A stretch of 62,989 bases of DNA, counting the filler, from Octopus bimaculoides (lineage: Eukaryota), in the NCBI RefSeq assembly GCF_001194135.2. It is 6 parts of 6 records of this genome, joined end to end, with 100 filler letters (N's around TTAATTAATTAA, not from the genome) between each part and the next. Parts side by side here need not be neighbours in the genome. Positions count along the whole stretch, not along the records: positions 56,589 to 59,638 come from NC_068996.1; positions 59,739 to 62,989 come from NW_026417620.1; 4 more parts are not named here. One strand, given 5' to 3'. Position numbers and translations under genes: made by a program. How positions within the stretch are numbered: the first letter of the stretch is position 1; each line of letters begins with the position of its first letter. Below the pieces are notes generated by a model, which was not told the origin of the DNA, ran no database searches, and worked only from the letters and a program-made list of their open reading frames with translations. Below, in pieces: positions 58,720-62,989 of this stretch.

Positions 58720-59638
58720 CGCAGGCTCCCAATCTTATGGTCCCGGGTTCTATCGCACTTGAGCAAGTATCATCCTGTATATGACGCAATCTACCAAAAC
58801 CTTGAGTCGATTTGGCAGCCGGGAGTATCCTCTGTGTGTGTTTCTGTATTTTCACGTGTGTCAAAACCACCATTTGACAATCGATGTTTATGTGTTTACG
58901 TCCTCATAACTTCGTCCAAACAAAGTGATATAATAAAGACCAAGATTTCAACAAAATAGTAAATACTCAGGTCGATGCTTCAAGGTGACGCCACAGCATG
59001 GCCGCAACTCTGATGACTATAACATGCGTAAGTGCGTGTGCATGCATGTGTAGATGTGACGTTGTATCCCTCACCGGTAATCGTGCGTTTCAAAAAGTGC
59101 TTAGCGGTTAGAAAAGAAACATCAACAGAATAAAACGAGGTTTTTAGTAAAAGATACAAAACAATTTCTACAAATAACTTACTACGTCTATAGAATTAAT
59201 TCAGCACACAGTATTAGCTAATACCTAATATCAATTTCAAACTCTGTCTCACTGAATGTCACTTTGTATGTATGTATGTATGTATGTATGTATGTATGTA
59301 TGTATGTATGTATTATGCATGTATGTATGTATGTATGTATGTTTGTATGTATGTATGTATGTATGTTTGTATGTATGTATGTACTAATACATGTGTACAA
59401 GGTCCTATCTATTTTCCTATCTTTCTATATATTTATCTAGAAGCCTAAGTCCCCAGTCGCACACAAAAATGTATATACCCATACATATGCATGAAAATAT
59501 GTCTATATAAATATATATACACATATATATACATATATGAATATATATATACCCATATATATATACATATATGAATGTATATATATAAATAAACATATAT
59601 ATATTTACATATATAAATATAATTATATATGAATATGT

Positions 59639-59738
59639 NNNNNNNNNNNNNNNNNNNNNNNNNNNNNNNNNNNNNNNNNNNNTTAATTAATTAANNNNNN
59701 NNNNNNNNNNNNNNNNNNNNNNNNNNNNNNNNNNNNNN
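59639..59738. other. Artificial scaffold-joining spacer
   Basis: 44 N + TTAATTAATTAA (59683-59694) + 44 N. Confidence 0.95.
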
Positions 59739-59835
59739 TGTGTCTAAATACACGGACATGAACATATATTGATACGCATACACACAACCACACACACAAA
59801 CAAACACATACACAAACACAAGAGCACACATGCAT

Positions 59836-59875
<40 letters not shown>

Positions 59876-60909
59876 ACACATGCACACACCAATTGCGCAC
59901 ATACACCGCACACACATGCACATATACATATACCAGGTGGTGTTAATTATATCTGTTTCGCATTCCTGTAATCTAATAAAAGAAAAAAACTGCAGTCCGC
60001 TTCCAAAGAACATCGATAATAAGTGATACCTTTCTTCCTCTATCATTTTGTTTGATTTATATATTTTATTCGATAGATGTTCAATTACTAACATCGGGAC
60101 AATTCTGTTTCTATTTTGTGTCAGTAAATTAAATGAGAATGTGGTAACGTTGCAATATCGATATATTTATATACTTACGATGTCTAAATATGTAATAATA
60201 TAATAGTTATGTCTTCATATCTGTGACAAGGCATAAAACGTTCGAATTGATAATACATAGCCGTTCTGGGTTCGCAAATCGCTAGTTCTGTTACGAACTT
60301 GGCATACGTAATTTTAAAGACTCACGTTGAACCAAACCCTGTAACACTTCAGAGATTGTTTGAAATGAAGTTTTGCTTAAAGAGAGACGAAAACCATGTC
60401 TAATGCTGTAAGAGGGAGCACTCCCTTCAGTGTAAGTCTTCATAGACGGAACCGACTACACGGTTTACACGGCGTGGATGTTACGGATGTCATAACGGTC
60501 ATCCTGAATGGGACAGATTGTACGCAGCGTTATCCATTCACAGCTAGGTGGACAGGAGCTTAAACAGAAACGAAAATTATGCTTAATTTTTTCAAAAGGA
60601 TTAAGTAGAGTTTCGAGACCTAAAACGTATAGAGCGACCCGCTTATCCGTTACCCATGACGGTTTCCCGGTCGTGAAATTGAAACCACTTTCGTACGACC
60701 CTAGCCACTACATCACGCGCCTCAATTCTGTTATGTCTCAATCTACTGCTATCTAGCACTTTCGGATGATCTCTACTCGATTGCTACTCAACACTCCTAC
60801 CATGGCCAGACTACCTCTATTTATATGTCTTGGGAAGTCCTACTTCTTCGGCAGGGGGCCTCGACACAACAAATTCCTGGACATTACTCTGTTCACTCGT
60901 ACCATTCAT

Positions 60910-61105
60910 GGAGCTGGTTACCCGGTTTCCGTGATCTATAAGTGACCAAGATTACAATATAACTTCTGAAGGGAAGGTCTGTCAATGCAGATTTACATTT
61001 ACAACTAAATGGACAGGAGCAACATCAACGGAGGTGTTTTGCTGAAGGACACAATGGACCACCAGCCTGGGAGTCGAAACTACAATCTTGGGGGTCATGA
61101 GTGCA
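60910..61105 (-). mobile_element. SINE family G (degenerate)
   Basis: TTACAACTAAATGGACAGGAGC..GTGTTTTGCTGAAGGACACAA..GAGTGCAACACCCTA. Confidence 0.6.
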
Positions 61106-62300
61106 ACACCCTATCCACAAGTCCCCATAAAGTTAATAATATAATTTTCCCGTTCTAGATTAAGAGATTTTAGTAAGAGCAAATATTGTCATCACTGTGA
61201 AGGTATTAAGTAGTAAAGCTAGCCTCTTAAATACTCAGAATCTAAAGTGCCGGAGGAAATACTGCGAAGAATTATTTCCGACGCTCTAAAGTCTTTTCCA
61301 GTTCGCTGTCTTATGCCAGCTTGCCGGCTTAAAGAAATGAGTAGCATTACTTAAATGCTAGTAAAGTTTGTCAAATACGTAATAAAGATTATATTCATTA
61401 GACAAGGGATTATTGTAATTCCGTGCCCGTAACGAATAATGCTGAAAAAAAGCATTTAAAATATTTGATAGAAATGTTAATAGATTTGCTTGCATTATGT
61501 AACATAAGTTACAAGGATATATATTTATATAAATAAGAGGGCAGTGAGGATTCTCTCACCATTTCGACGCATAAAAGTTCGGTAAGACAAATCTGCACAC
61601 TGGTCTAAGTTCAATGTTTGAAGTAAATGTAATGGCGTTTGCTCTTGTGTCTTTGCTTGCGGAACAATCTGCAAAGTGAATATTATTTTAGGAGATAGAG
61701 ACTGTGCAGAGCCAGTTCACCTTTCTCTTCTTTCGAACTGACAATTATCACGACCCAAGGATTTATCTGGATGCAGGTTTTGTATTGAGCTATCTTCCCT
61801 TAGCTTAGCAGCTAAAGAGTTGAAAGGCCTCGTTTAGGGCATCTGTGAATGGATTTGTCCGGAGGAAATGCCGCATGTCATAACGCGGATACACACAGGT
61901 GCTACTTATCTGGTTCAGATTAGACCTGGTAATAATACTCACTAAGAGATGATTTCACACTCTGCAAATCCGAGAAATTCTCGACCCAAGGCCAAATTAC
62001 CAGATACAGTTTAAATCATACTCAGAACAGAGTATAGCAGTCGTAGTCTATGTCAGTAAATTACTCGGGGTGGGGTTTCATATATATATTAAAATGTATA
62101 TGCATATGTAAAGGTATATGCATACAAAGGAATCAATTATTATTAGGTGTATTATATTACGTTCTTTTTATTATATAAAACATAAAGAGACGTAGAAGAA
62201 AGTCATTACAAGAGAAATAATAGAGCAATTTTTTTAAAAAAATCAATGTATCTTAAGATTATTGTAGTTATGTAAGAATGAAAAGGCATATATATGAGGA

Positions 62301-62353
<53 letters not shown>

Positions 62354-62801
62354 AACATATATATATACATATATATTTACGTACAAGCATATCCATAGGT
62401 ACATACGTATTACATGTGTTGAGAAGGGGGTATTATTGCAGCGTTTCGTATTATTCTTTTTAAATAATTATAATGATTATACACAAACATATATATATTC
62501 ATATAAACATGTGATATGACTTCTATTGAGGGCTTTAGACAAAAGTCCACACTAAATGGGTTAGAGTTTATAATAATACGTGTGATATTAGTCGGTATTA
62601 CAAATCATAAATTTCCGGGTATTAATCAATATACTTTATCATTTTCCGTTATGTTGATATGTGCACATATGTAAACCGTAGTAGGTTATACATGTATGTA
62701 TATTGTTACAATTGTCTTTTTAAAAAATAAATGGACATAATATGTCTAAATGTTGATGTATACCACCTCTTGATCCACTCCATTTTCTTAGTGCTGTATG
62801 C

Positions 62802-62832
<31 letters not shown>

Positions 62833-62989
62833 CATATACGTACACATACATATACATATACGTACACATATATATATACATATACATACATATATACATA
62901 TACATACATATATATACATATACATACCTATATATACACACATACATAAACATATACATACATATATACATATACATACATATATACAT

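Noticed and set aside
14056-59921. Long ORFs in the track (up to 398 aa) rich in X, YI, HT, CV or LSIY repeats
   Set aside because: They are read-throughs of N gaps and microsatellites, not genes.
60300-62100. Higher-complexity sequence as possible exons
   Set aside because: Translations show no recognisable domain; several stretches match decayed SINE families.

Overview
AT-rich, microsatellite- and SINE-dense animal genomic DNA with roughly 5-6 kb of N gaps. The repeat repertoire suggests a cephalopod, probably octopus; this is inference. The only host gene I can support is COPB2 (coatomer beta-prime, beta'-COP) on the minus strand: 12 GT-AG coding exons from an ATG-only exon 1 (12019-12021) to exon 12 (319-462), 1545 nt or 515 codons in one frame, continuing off the left edge. 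The rest is transposon-derived: at least five SINE-like families, hAT and Tc1 MITEs, and decayed Tc1, mariner, hAT, Merlin, Penelope, RTE and L1/Tx1-type coding fragments. Five identical 100-bp spacers (44 N + TTAATTAATTAA + 44 N) show that everything right of 27310 is artificially concatenated scaffolds, so adjacency across them is not biological. I found no convincing new multi-gene system. The best leads are a pri-miRNA-like hairpin (51011-51089), a Merlin transposase fossil missed by the ORF track, a mariner built from two inverted left arms, hammerhead-like relics associated with Penelope-type sequence, and SINE-derived dsRNA structures plus a possible recursive splice site in COPB2 introns. 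All alignments were done by eye and repeat boundaries are approximate. Repeat family letters (A-D, F, G) are my own labels.
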